Assembly (NCBI GenBank): GCA_030141605.1
Contig: JAQGDQ010000245.1
Location: 62,001 to 126,000, forward strand
Reading direction: 5' to 3'
Source of the DNA: Tubiluchus corallicola
Lineage: Eukaryota > Animalia > Priapulida
DNA: 64,000 bases
Position 1 is the stretch's first letter; each line of letters starts with the position of its first letter. Both the position numbers and the translations under genes were made by a program. The notes below the pieces were generated by a model. The model ran no database searches. It saw only the letters and a list, made by a program, of their open reading frames with translations, and was not told where the DNA came from. Shown here in pieces: positions 24,618 through 38,800 of the stretch.

Positions 24618-26824
24618 TTGGTCAAGTCATCCAGTAAGTTTAGAAAGTTGCGTTATTTGAGAGTTCATTCTTACCATTGCAATACCTAACGGTCTAATGA
24701 ATTAATTTTACAAGATATTAGGCACTTATCATCTACAATAATGTTTCTTCATCAACGAAAGTGTTATGCAATACTTGCATTTTAAACTTTTTATTGCACG
24801 ACTCTCCCGTGACAAATTTTTTCAGGTAAAAATGCTGTCTTCAGAAACAAATTGGAAAATGAAACATACAAGTATCAAAAGTTTTAGTGCTGTTTTATTT
24901 CGTGAATTTACCGAGTGGCTATGTGGTTTGTAATTTAAATGGTGCAAATGAAATTGTCTATTATATTGTGCGTACTGCTCACTGAAGAGGCTTTTAAAAA
25001 GAATCGGTTATTTAACATAGTTGTTACTAAACATGCTAAAGAAAATTTTGTCTTTGGATAAGTATCTTCGTCATGAATGGATTTTAAATGTAATTGTTAT
25101 GAGAAAATTATTATAATAGGCAATAGCTTGTAAAGATGATTTCATTGCTCGAAGCTTACCAACTAACTACAACATAACTGAACACGAACCTATTAGCAGT
25201 TTTTGTTTAGTCAGTAAAATTAGCTGTGTTTCAATGGCGATGACAACTAAAATTGAAACGTGTTACCAATTACAAGAGCCTATGTTGGCAAAAGAGTATG
25301 TTATCAATACAAACGATTAAAATTCATTAAATTTATATTGTTTAATTATAAACAAAACAACATATGCATCACTCAAACAGCATTTCCACCACAATTATTT
25401 ATACATACACAAGTCATGTTTACATGTATTAATAGTAACATACTCAATTTACTCGTACTACAGGTTTTTAGTATCTACAATGTAATATTATAACCTAAAG
25501 CACACCCCCTGTTCACCATAAAAGATTTATTAACTGGCACTATGAGTATTACAATACTATTTGGCAGAGTGGCAGTAATCAACAAAATTGCAGTGCAAAT
25601 AAAAGGCAAGCAGGTAAATGATTGTACCAATTACATTTGCTTCCCTACATCTTGGAATGAGCCACTCAGTGTCGCAAATTTTGGAATGTGCAGTTTTTAC
25701 GATATAAAGTGATTATTTATGATTAATGAACATTAGGTCATATCCATGGTACACAACATTCGTTATAAGTATTATAATATAATTTCAGTTATAACACACA
25801 GGTATCAAATCAAGCATAAAATCTTTAACAACTGTAACACGATACAAGTTCTGCTATATTTAATAAACAAAACAATCAACAAGTCACAATGCTAATTTCT
25901 AAGTATCATACTGCTACTCGTGATACATGCTGCAGATTAATAAATGAATTGTTTGACAATGTTTGAAGCTACTGTGGAGAAAGCTTTTAAAAATAAGAAT
26001 ACAAGTGCAATAAAGGGAATTACTGTCTTCTGTATATGAATAAGGTATTCGTATGTTGGGGAGCAACCTACATTCCACCTACTTGCAGTTAGTGTTTTCA
26101 AAACAATGTGTTGAAACTCTTAGGAAACCAAGACAAATAAACGGTGTTAAAACTGACAATACGCATAATATATTTACAAAAAATCATTACAATATTTACG
26201 TGAAGATCACACTACTACGCATAACATGTTTTGCAACATATCAAGTGCGACAAACTTGTTGGCACAAACACCAAGATCACATCACTCACATTTCACTGTT
26301 AAAAAATTGTGGTCCAAAATGTCAACTTTAGTCTAAAAGGAATACCTTTCTTAAAAAATATGAATATCCGTCTTTCATTTTTGATTGCCTAGTTTCAGTT
26401 TTATTTACCTCTCACAGCAGTTTCATATGAAGCAAACAAATGTCCACAGATTTGGGACAGTAAATGCTAAAACTGTACATCCTTCCTTAGAAGATTATGA
26501 TTCGCTTACACACAACTTTGCAAATATAATAAAACTGTCACTGTACCATGCAATTGCCATGTTTGTTAAAATGTCACTGACAACTAGCTTGCAATTGCAT
26601 CACGTATCAGTGGAAATTTAATAATTGTCTCAAAATGAAATTTAACAATACAGTTGCATTTTATATTTACAGTGTAAGTAAAGCTTGGTAGGTTGATTCA
26701 GATAGAATAAAAAACTAAAGGCATCACAGCTTCATAGTAAACAGTAGCTATTATGGATTTGTGTAAAGAGTAAATTCTACAAATGAAACACAACAGCTCG
26801 TTTCCGTCAAAATTGGCAATCGTG

Positions 26825-29800
26825 TCACGAAGTGAATGAAGCAAAATTTTGTTGCTGCTGCACATTGCCTGTAATGAACGTAAATTACACCAAATAAGCA
26901 ATTAAGTAATATGTAACAGCTCAGGTAAAATTTCTTTAAACATCAATTTGCATATCAACTTTTACATACTGTGCTTTAATCGATGAAAAATTATGATTCC
27001 GGGAATGAGACAGTTAATACATTTAATGCTAACTTTCATTTCTGGGATCTAAAAAAACTGAAAAGTAAAATGTGGAGTACATTCCTATTTCTTTATGCAT
27101 AAAACAAAAGCATGGAGCTTGAGAGCTTAATATAAAGTATAAAAAAATAAAATTCACCAGCTTCCGTGTCTCATATGAACTAAAGTAGATAATTCTTACA
27201 GCTAAATTACTAAGTGCAAAAAAATTCTTAAATTGCACCCGGCAATAAGAGTAACGTCTGCCAACCATTTTTCTAATGATGCGAAGATCTTACAGATTGC
27301 ACTAACAGCTACAGAATCATTATAATATCATTTTTAACTAAAATGATAAGTTATACTTTAAGAAAATGTGAAAAACTTACCTGCTGCTTGAGAAGCAGAT
27401 GATCCGGGAAAACCAGGACCAAAACCTAGAAACAGATTATAAACGAGACTGTAAATGTATATTTTAATGCAATCACCATTTTGGGACAAATGAAGTATAG
27501 TTGCAATAATAATTATCAAGCTTAAATATGTACTAGCAAAAATTAGGTATCTACATACTAGGCAGTAGACAAATGAATGAAAAGAGCCAATTTAACTTAC
27601 CACCAGGTGGTGAGCGAAGCTGGTTCATGGATGGTGCAGTCTGTTTCTGATATTTACTAGCAGGATTAGTTAGCGAATCTAGACTGATGTCAACTTTCCC
27701 TATATTAGTCCATGTTGACTGCTAAAAAATAATTGCAAGATTGTACCTTTTCTGTAAGGTGATATACGAAAATGAAATGATTTATAATATTACGGATGAA
27801 AATTGCTAAAGCAAGTTTTTGAAGCGAATATACCAAACTCATGAAACTACTTCATATAAATCATACCCATAATAGTTCCGTAAAATAATGTATTACATTA
27901 CGTCAAACACTTTGTCACAGCAATTTACATAGCTTTATTATAATTTCTGACATTCACACAAAAATATGTTCTACTGTTACAAAGGCCACCATTTTTACAT
28001 GTCACAAAACAATTTTGTTATTTTGTTTTCTCATCACTTATGTACTTTTTAGATAAAATTAGTTTCATAAGCAGCTTTAAACATAAACATCTGGGGCCTA
28101 CTTCCCAAATAAATTGTACCTGTTGTGCATTCCATTTCTGCTGTTGACCTTGCTGTGATGACAGAGTTTGCTGTGGGACCATTATTCCTGTTTGCTGCTG
28201 CATTGGTAGCCCTGGTTGTGGCGCAACCATTCCCGGCTGAGAAAACATTGGTGATTGCATTGCAGGTTGAGACATTACTGGCAGTTGTGACATCGGCCCT
28301 ACTGGCTGTGACATCATTGCCGGATTTATGGGTACACCTGGTGGGGACATCATCCTGGGTTGCGACATCATGTGTGCCTGCGGGGCTTGGAAAGCAGTCG
28401 TTCCTTGAGGGAAACTACTTGCTGGTTGAACTGCCGGTTGCGAAGAAAAAACACCTTGAGGTGGCACCATGTTTGACGACTGCACCGGCATTGTAACTGG
28501 CTGTGCTGTTGATATCAGACCTATTTTCTGTGGTGAAAGCACATCAAACGAACTGGATGCCACCTGCAAAAATTAAGAAACTGAGTTAGCAACCTCTTTA
28601 GGGCAATTGCAAAACATGCAACAAGTCTGTTTTTAACGAGTTACTGTATGATTTATGACTGCAATGTGTGGTGAAAGCACCAATTATATTCATCATGCTC
28701 TCGTTCAAATGGTTGACATAAAGATTGTGTTATGGTTACAGCAGATCTCGAGGAACTGCTCAAGAATATACGTACAAGCAAATAGAAGTATTTTTATCAC
28801 ACACAGTAGAGTTAGATAACTGCAAAAATTAAAATGCATTTTGGAAATTGATAAGAATTTAAAGGAGAAGTGGAGTATGAAATTGTAGAAAGGTTATAGT
28901 AATTTAAAGTACCTGTGGCTGTATACTTAAAGCTGTAATATCAGATGAAGAACTTGGTGTTTCAGAAAACTGGGCAAAATCAGCAAAACTGTTGCTGCAA
29001 TAAAAACATTTATAAGCAAATGTATTAAACATAATCTGTTTACATGTTAACAAGGCAGATTAGCCACTAAATAAAGATACAGTATTAATGTCCAAAATTA
29101 TATTCGTCGTAATTCCAATAACCAATTTTTAGTCAAATATTATATCTACTGAATTTGATGACTCTGCTGAATCTATTGTATCATACTGTGACTTGCGCTA
29201 AATCACAAAATCGATTCATAAAAAAAAGTCAATTTATAAAGGCACTTCAAAGCATTTAAAAAAACAACACGACTATTATCATAAAAATCTAATTTAAAAC
29301 TGTTTAAAAAACTTTTTTAAACAGTTTTAAATTAAAGTTTTTTTAATGAAAATTGTGTTGTTTTAATAAATCATAAAAACTTTCAATACAATCCCAATTT
29401 ACAGCGTTTGGTCAACAATTCAGACCGGCTGAGTCGTGCTTATAGTCACACTTGATATTTGTGCTCGGAATTTGCTTAGCCTCACCTTATTCAAGAATTG
29501 TTTAAATAAATCCTTGAACAAATATTCAGCAACTTTCTAGTGTCGTTAGTTACAAAGTATGTCAACATAATGATATACGCTCTTTTGAATCAGTGGCACA
29601 GCAAAACAATTTAATTTTAACTCTGAATAAAAAAGCCAGCACAAAAGTGTGCACGGTATTTTTGAGCATGTGCTGCAAACTCATAATTCAACCTTTGAGC
29701 TGTAAAAATAGAAGAAATCTTTCCTTTACTTAACTTCATGTCATTCACACATCAAACGGACTGTCAGAAAATATTATGCAAGAGGACAAAATTTGAAATC

Positions 29801-32800
29801 TTAGCTAGTGAGCATGTAATACAGAACATCTAATTAATGCTTACTTGTAACATTGACCACAATCCACTATTCCATCATAATTGTAGTTGCACATTAAAAC
29901 AGAAACTACTTTGGGGTTATAGTTCAATGATAGCATGTTGGCTTACCATTCTGGAGGCCGCGGCCTCAACTCCTGACCGAGTCATAACAACAAAGACTTA
30001 ATAAATGGTACTGCTGGTTTTTCAACCAAGCATGCGGGTTTATCGCAGTAACATGCGGGTAATAATAATTGGGATTGCCCTGGACATAAGTATTGAGTTA
30101 TTTAAAATGTTGTCCCTGGATTATGTCTTAAGGAAACAAAAATAGAAGAGAAAAACGATGTAATTAGTTTGTAACAATATTGGTAAACATGGTGGTACAA
30201 TAGAACACTTCACCAAATCTTAACTTTAAAATTGCAGTAACCACAATTTGATCTCACCTTTCTTTAGGAGCTTGAGACACACCTGATGGTGCTTGAAAAG
30301 CACTAAAATCTCCAAAATCACCATTTGCTGAAAGCAAAAATGAAACAAATGAAGAGATCGCTTACAAGAAATACTATTATAAGCAAAGCTGTCAACAGTC
30401 AAAACTAACAGTCAAAACTTTCAGAAAAACTCAGAGAACCTATATCTGGTTCATGAATATAAGTATGGTCACATCATTGCTCGACACGTTTTGTGAATCA
30501 TTTGTTTTAACGGCAATGAAATTTTGGCACTCTCCCATTTAACATACCACTTTAAAGATGAAAAGTTTGTTGTCTTCTAAAATGCAACTAGTAACATATG
30601 TAAATAGCAAATTTATTTCCCTTTTATTTTATCCATATACTAATATTTTCCTGTCAGACTGTCTATTGCTACAATACATCTGTCTAACAGGATTTGATTA
30701 ATAAGTGCTGCCGCTTAGCATGTAAAGGCAACAGCACTCCCTAGCATCAGGTCACTAATTGCTATATTCACTACGTAGATGTAATTTCATTTACATAGTA
30801 GCAAAATATGGTATAGGAAAACATGCTAGTGCAAAGTGAATTAAAAATCAATAACATTAGAAATAAAATTGGAAAAACAAATGTTCTCTAAAAATTATTT
30901 TCGTAATGCAGTCTAAATTGGGCATTTAATGCGTTGCTTTTACAATAAAAACACGGCAGCTACTTTTCCATGCTTAATAAAAACAATACAAAAACATAAG
31001 CAACAACTTGTGAAGAGCAAATAATTGTCAATAGGTCAATGAGATTTATGACTTTATGAGATTTTATGGATTTATGACTTTACTTAGTACAATATCTTTG
31101 TTAAGCAAGCAATGATTGCATGTAAGCATGCAATGAAGGACCACTCAAACACAACACACAAGCAAGACAGGCCCAAGGAACTGTGCTGCGTTTAGATGCA
31201 AAAAAATTACAATGGAAACAAGCAAGAGACAGAAGTCTATAAAAGCAGTAATTACCTTGTGTCGGATGAGTAGCAGGTCTTGGTGCTACAGAGCTGTCCA
31301 AATCACCTAAAAGATCTATATTTGAAGTCTGTTTTGGCTTTGCTGTTTCAAAAATAGGTTGTGATGACAAGGAGTCTGTTCCTGGCCATGAGTTACCAGC
31401 AGAAGTCTGAAAATATCAGGTAACTTCATTCCATGATGTAATACAAATTGACAAAATTTTTAGTATTTACAAGCTAAAATCAATATCAAGAAAATACCTC
31501 AATGACTCAGAAACACTTTAACAGATAAAAAGATTTTTGTAAAAAATGTTTTACACACACAAAAAGGCACAATCAAGAGTCAGACATCCAAAATCATAAT
31601 ACAAATGAAAACATTATGGCTGCTTTGGCACCCCTTTATATTTTAACAAACGAAAATAATCATTATTTCCACCAAATACAGAGCACCAACTCTATTTGTT
31701 ACCGTCTGCAGATTGGTTTGCTGACCACCAGCATATGTGGCAGCAGCTCCTAGATCAATCTTTTTCACAGGCTTCTGTGGTTTACTTGGACTGCTGGAAG
31801 TGCTCCTGTATGGACTTCCATCATCATCGTCATAAAAATCACGAGTTCTACCCGAACCCGGATCGTCGGAATCCTCGTATTTAAAATCCTCGTCATCATT
31901 ACTGAAATAGATATTTAATAAACATTATAATTTCTTATACGCGGTACAAATTTAAAAATGGAGAGATTGAGCAGAAGGCGGTTTAAAGATGTGTCGTGAA
32001 GCTTGAGGATAGTTTCCAAATGACCGATACATCTGGCACCGAAGGTAAAACTTCACCAATAATTTTTCCAACTTTTGGCAAAAACGACCAAGCTACAATA
32101 GCATGGCTGTCGGAACAAGTGGAATGCATCCATAGTCTATACTAGCATGCTTTAAAAAAGATAAGCTAGTACTAGAAAAAAAGAATCTTAAGAAAACTTT
32201 ACTAACATGTGATTCAATAAATAAATGCTCACTATTGCCTTAGTATATGGACAGTTCAAATGCTGAGTTCTGCCAGCGCTAATAAGCTTACAAGAAAGTT
32301 CTATGGCAACATGTACTACTGCATATAGCAGATGCTCACGCTCATTTATAACCGCTTGCTTCTCAATACTCAAGAAACAATTGGCTTTTGAACATCTAGG
32401 AACATGTCAAACAAATTCTGTCTGCAGTTATAAATGTCAAACAAATTCTGTCTGCAGTTATAAATAGAGAAAATTTTATGCAGTTGGAAACAGATGGTTT
32501 CTTATATATCTTTCCTTGTTAGTGACTATCGACCGATTTCCCGTGTTTAGCCATACTATTATTATTCAACAACCCTGTCATGGCGTAAGGCAACCTCTTG
32601 AATGTTTACTGTCTTAGTCTAAATGTCCCATTATTTTTGTACTTCCTGCCCTATGACAAATAAATTTTTGTCCTAAGAGTAAAATAACCGTAAAAAATAG
32701 TCAGAGCCCAGAAAAAAGACTTGTATGTACCTAAAATCAGGTGTATCCGTGTCTGGTCGTCGTCCAAAATTAAGCGTTTCTCGAATTTTGGATTCTATCT

Positions 32801-35800
32801 TTTCTACAGTGGAAGGTTCCCGCCAGTCGTCCATATCCCTAAATTCAGATTTGGTAGAAGACATATTGGCTGTATTCCTACTTCCAAATCCATCATCGTA
32901 TCTAGAATCTATCAAAGACGAAACTTCCTCAGTATTGTCTGACATATAATTACAGTAATATTCAGTACAATACTTGTTTATAACTCGTATTTAAAAAAGC
33001 AACCCATTCTGAAATAAATCTCTAGTTATACAACTTGGCACAAATATAAACAATTTACTGAAAGAGATGTAAACAATGAAAATCAGCTTGGGAATGAGAA
33101 TTAGAACATCTTTGTACCCATTAGTATTAAGGTTTCAGTAGCCAAATAGGTACGATGCATTTATATAGTAATATCATCAAAGAAAATTTACATTATGTAC
33201 TCATTTACGATAATGAAAAAAGCTAACACACGCTTTACATAAATGGTACACCCATGTAAAGCTTAGCTACAACTGATACAATTTACAAATATTTGCAAGC
33301 TTTCTTGCACCCGAGCAATATGGGGAAGCAAACCATTTTTTATTTTTCATAATCAAATAATGGTGCAGCTATCATTATATACAAAAGGTAGATATTATAG
33401 CACCAAGCTGGCATCTCCTTAGTAAGTCGCTGTAAGTGCTTTAGTGGCTTAGTGCATCTTCAACACAAGAGTTCTTTTACATATTTCTATTTATAAAAGG
33501 TGTGGTTTCTGAGTTTAAACAAATTCAGTTTCAAGCAAATATCTTACATCAAATAAAAACTTTTGCATCAATGTACCAACTTGCAAATCGTTTTGGCAGC
33601 AGCATAGAAAAGTTCCATACATATTATAATTGAAATACACAAAAAACGTTCGTCATTGAGGCACAGCAGTCGCATGTAAGCAAATGGGCTACAAAAAATG
33701 TCTAGGTGAATCCTGTACAGGATGCACATAAATTCACATGATAACATTCGTGATTTACATTCATCACAACTTAGGGTAGGTCAACAATAAAATAACATCA
33801 AAACTAGCACAATTTCACAAAAGAATTTTACACATAAACGCACGACAACAACACACATCCCACCACTACCACTTCCACTACAATACATCACACGACACAT
33901 ACCACACAACACCGTATCATACAGCAACAATACTACAACACTTTGTGCAAAGTCGAAATGTCTTAAATAACACACATTATTGGAATCAGCCACGAATGAT
34001 CACTGACAAGCCAACATATTTATTGATAGGTCTAGCTGCATTATAGTTTTTTAGTATTCTATCTAAATATTTTTAAGTGGAAAAAATTTTTGTTGAAAGA
34101 GCGCTTTATAAATAAATACATTATGGCAAGAAGCTAGCAGATACCACTTACATGTTGTAAGTAATTTACAGCCAGCAGTGTCATAAGGATGTCACAAACA
34201 GTGTTTACATTCGTAAAAGAAATCCACATCATTGTGCAGCGTATTATGACTTCACAAACAGCGTAAATTTACATTTCAAAAGAGATACACATTACTGCAC
34301 AGCCTACTTCCACCTTATTTTGAAAAGTTTTAAATCTCCTGCTAAGATCTCCACGAAAGCATTGCTAGGACATTTCTTTTACGTTGTGTTCTGTCAGAAA
34401 ACTGTGAAGTTGCTTCCTAGAAAAGGCCCAATGCCTAAAACAGTGGCTCTCCCACGAAATCTAAATAGGCTTACTAAACCTATCGTTGAATGGGCTCTCC
34501 AACCATTATAGGCACTGCCTCTGGCACTTTCCCATTCTCTCTAAGCAAGGAGAACAAGTTTCGCGAAATAACGGGGCAAAAATGCCTATATTTGGCGTCT
34601 TTCACTCCTCGTTCCTCCCAGTGGTCCGGATTGGAAAAACAAACCACCAATGAGAAGACAATAGGTCAAGACTTTTCTTTCGATACATGGTAAACAAATT
34701 CATACAGGCATGTACCCATATAAGATACATAAAGTGAAAATGTAACAGAATGTAAGATTCAGAAAGCCCAACAAAATTTTGGTGTTGCTGCCTAGCAAAA
34801 TTTTTTAAAATTATTTTATTTAGCAAAGTCTATTATTATTTTTAATTGTGTGCTGTTGCTGAGCTTCAATTGTGCTTCAAGGACCTAAATTGTGGAACGA
34901 AGTTCATCAATCTTACAAGATGAAAAGTTCAGGGCGCAAAAAATTACATAATTCTTATTTTGACTAACTTTCGTTTCCTTTCTTCTGCAGCAAACACGTG
35001 CAGTATAGGCCATATTTAATGTTTATTTTCCTGAAATTACATGTTTAAAATAAATGATATTGAATCATTACCGTTACCACACCACCACCTCATTCATTGT
35101 TAATTGTACCAGTCCTTTTATTCTCACCTCTCCCGAATTATGATTCCACTATCAGTGTTGCCTTACAGGTACAAGCCTTGGCTTCTGACTACTCAACATC
35201 ACAAGTAATGATGTTATATTAACCGTATTTGTATTTTTGCCATGCAAACTGCTTGACATGGTGGAATAAACACTATACAATACTATATTATCAAAATAAT
35301 AAATCACTAATGCATACTTCTGCCATATCTGTATGATGCCTCTTGTCCAGAAAGTCCTATATATTTGTCTCTGTTTTTCTTTGCTTTCTTTCTTTCTTCT
35401 CGTAGTCTATCATCATCTTGAATAAAGTCCAGCAGATCTTTTACTTTCTGACGAACTGTAATGAACAAAATGAGTTAGTTATACAGAAAGACGTAAAGTC
35501 ACAGAAACAGAAAATCGTACATTTTATGAAATGTCTACAAAGACACCATGTCATAAGTTTGAATACAAAATTTTGATCCTGGCCCTAATACCACTGTACT
35601 TCAAAAAAGCAAGGATTTTCTGTATAGCTTAAAGGGTTTATTTTTGTCACAAGTTGCGCATCGGGTGGTTTAGGTACTTGCTCTTGGCGATATCGTTTAC
35701 AAACTTTAGCTGTTTACCTCGTATGAGGAGGATATCAGTAGCTCATCTTGAAGGGGTATCTATGATAATGAGTCACTCTGTAAAGATCTCCCTGATAGAG

Positions 35801-38800
35801 AACAATAATAATTGTACAACTATCACATGGACATGCAATTCTTGAAAATCGAAAAATCAGCCGTCAGTTGCGATTTTTCCTTTGTTAACTTCTCACCAAT
35901 GTTTAATGGCAAGATGCATTATCTTCAGCTGTGAAAAATTTGGCAGCATGCTTATAGTTAAGGGTAAATATACTGATGACCAAACCAAAAAAAAAGGTTT
36001 CTAGTTGCATAATCTGAAAATAGTCTTTTTTACATGAAAACCTAATTGAATCATGCTCAATTAAAAATTTTCAGTTCAAGTTGATATATAATCGGAAATT
36101 GAACATCTAAAAATTGTATTCTCTTCCTTGCGTAAGTCTTGTCTTTGAGTGCATCCCGACGTGTAGTACGCATCCGGTATCCCGAAGTGTAGAAAAAGCA
36201 ACATCTAGTAAAGACACTGGGTGAAATAAACTTGAAGAATGCTTATTTTTAAAGCCATAATTTTTCTCCACACTAATAGTTGGTCCAGTAACTTCTTTGT
36301 ATGAGTATGTCTATGCAACCAGAAAATTGGTATCCATTGGACATGAGCATTTTTAACATTTAATGGGTGCAAGTACGTAAAAATACAAATGTTAATTTAA
36401 AAATGTAAATGACAACTTTACATACCAAAAAGGTATTATTTCATTGTACTTTTTTGACAGCATATACGATAGTGTTAGAAACAGAATAATAGTATTTGTA
36501 TGTGTCAATGACTGTTACAGGTGTTTTTGCAAGTTAAGTTGTGAAGATTTTCAGTTACTTCCAGAAAATAACTCAAGTGATAAGAAACTGCAATAAAACC
36601 AATACAGTAATTCGTTAATATCTTCCAAGTTTAGAAGGTACAGTCAAACTACTGTTTTAATTTTTTTGTTGGAGGATATGAAAATATCATACAACTTTTA
36701 GAGAATACTATACAAAGCACAGATTAATAATACAATAACACCCTAACAGATACATAAGCAATCTTAGGTGACAATATATTCTACGTCACCAAACTTTGTA
36801 AATTTTTCTTTACCGTTAATGCCTTGGTCTTTTCCTGCTTCATCAACAAAAGTATATCGCTCAAGTCTTCGCAAATCATACACATGTTCTCGAGCACTGG
36901 TCACAACCCTTTCTGATCCGTTTCGTATCAGGTGAGAAAGCAACAATAAAGACTATAAATAGACAAGACATTTTTTCGGAAATTGTAACTACATTACTGT
37001 TAGAAGTAATACATAACAAAAAGCTTGAACAGCATACACTTAGCCCCATGCAGTGAAGGATGCCGAAATATTAGAATTGAAGGCATTTTAACTGAATTAA
37101 TTACAGCATCAGTCAAGGTTTCTCTTATGCCTGCAACTACAATGGATCTCAATTCTACCGCCTCTAAAATCCATTGGGGTGCCTACCAAAAATTCTCTAT
37201 GAGTTTTTAATGTTAACTGATTGATTTAAATACTGAGACTAATGTGGCAACTTTGATTCACACTAAGTTTATTAAGTGGCACCTCCTGTATCAAAATTTG
37301 TTGCTGTCCATTTACAGTATACACCTACAAAAACAATAACCCTTGCAATTCAATTTGAGTCATATTTATCAACCCGAGATGTCAGAAATACAAAACAAAG
37401 TAATCACACTCAAAAATATAATGATGTATCAAAACTCAAAGAACTTAAGCAAAGCAAACTTAACGCTATCATTAGCAAAGGCAACCAAAATATATAAGTA
37501 TATATATAAAATTTTGCAATTATTAAATGGTTTTTACCTTATAAGTCCGCCGCCAGTTATTTTTGTTGTCCTGCAACATTCTTTTCCACAGCATTCCCAT
37601 TACTTCAGGAAAATTTTCGTAAGTGTAAGTATACTGAGCTATTTCATGCATAATAGGTCCTGTTGGTCCCCACGGATCATCGTTTGTTGCTTCTCGTACT
37701 TTAGCCTCCACCTCCGTATAGTTCATCACAACATTTGTACTATAAAGACAAAAAAGATGAGCAAATGTTTATGAAGACTGTGATTTGTCGATATTACTAT
37801 TATAACGATTCTGTTTGCACGCACGCACACACACACATATGCCATTTGTATATGTGAGGGGGAATAGGACATACACCTCACACAATTAAATTTTTTGCCT
37901 GTCTGTAGGATCAAGCTTGAAAATCATCATCTAGACATCTTAATTAATGACTGATTCTAGACGATTAGCTAAAGCATTTAGTTTTATTCTATTGATCGTA
38001 CGCTCAAGTCCAACATTTGGATTACCGAATACATAAATTTTGATTTTAGTTAGTTGAGAAAGTGAATGTGGCTCTGTTTCTAATGTTGCAGCTTCTATGC
38101 ATTCGTTAGTAGCCACTGCTTATTAAACCTACATCACAAATTTTTCCTAATTGTACATTAATACCAAAAAGGGTTGTCAAGGAATTTTAATACCAAAATT
38201 CTGCCAAATTCACCTGCTTCCACATAATAAAAGTACAAAAGTCAATTAAACTCGGAATGTTCAAATAGTATAAATACTTAGAGTAGTTCAACCTAGGGAT
38301 GCACCAAAATTCGGAAACAGCTGGATTTCTGTTACCAAACCGAAACAAATTTTCGGTTGTCTTGTTTCATTGGTAGAGATAAAAATTCGGTAAAGTTTTG
38401 TTTCGGCAATTTTTTTTAAGAAATTTGGCCAAAATTTTGCAAATTTCAGTTTGTTTAAATAAATTTGGTCGCGACCGGTAAAAAAATTAGTTTTGTAATT
38501 TGTCATTTTTGTCTGACGAACACCACCATTAAACAATACAACTAAGCTAGGCAAAAACGACCGGCAATTTTTCAACAAAACTGTTTGCGCGTGGTTGCTG
38601 GAAGCCTGAACTAGCTCATAAAATTTTGTAATTTAGTAAACAAAATAGTGAATTTTGCGTAGATTATAATTATTTTCAACATTATTCAGTGAATTTAGTA
38701 TAACTGTGTCAAGTGCCAGTAAATGACGCAGATCAAATGCAAGCATGCGAGATTTTTTTTATTCATTGGGTTTTTAACACAAGCAGATTCAAGTATTGTG

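Noticed and set aside
26825-28563. Drosophila-type lqfR-Tel2 fusion exon in CLINT1
   Set aside because: No long ORF lies between or after the CLINT1 exons, and the gene ends in a normal FASF-type terminus.
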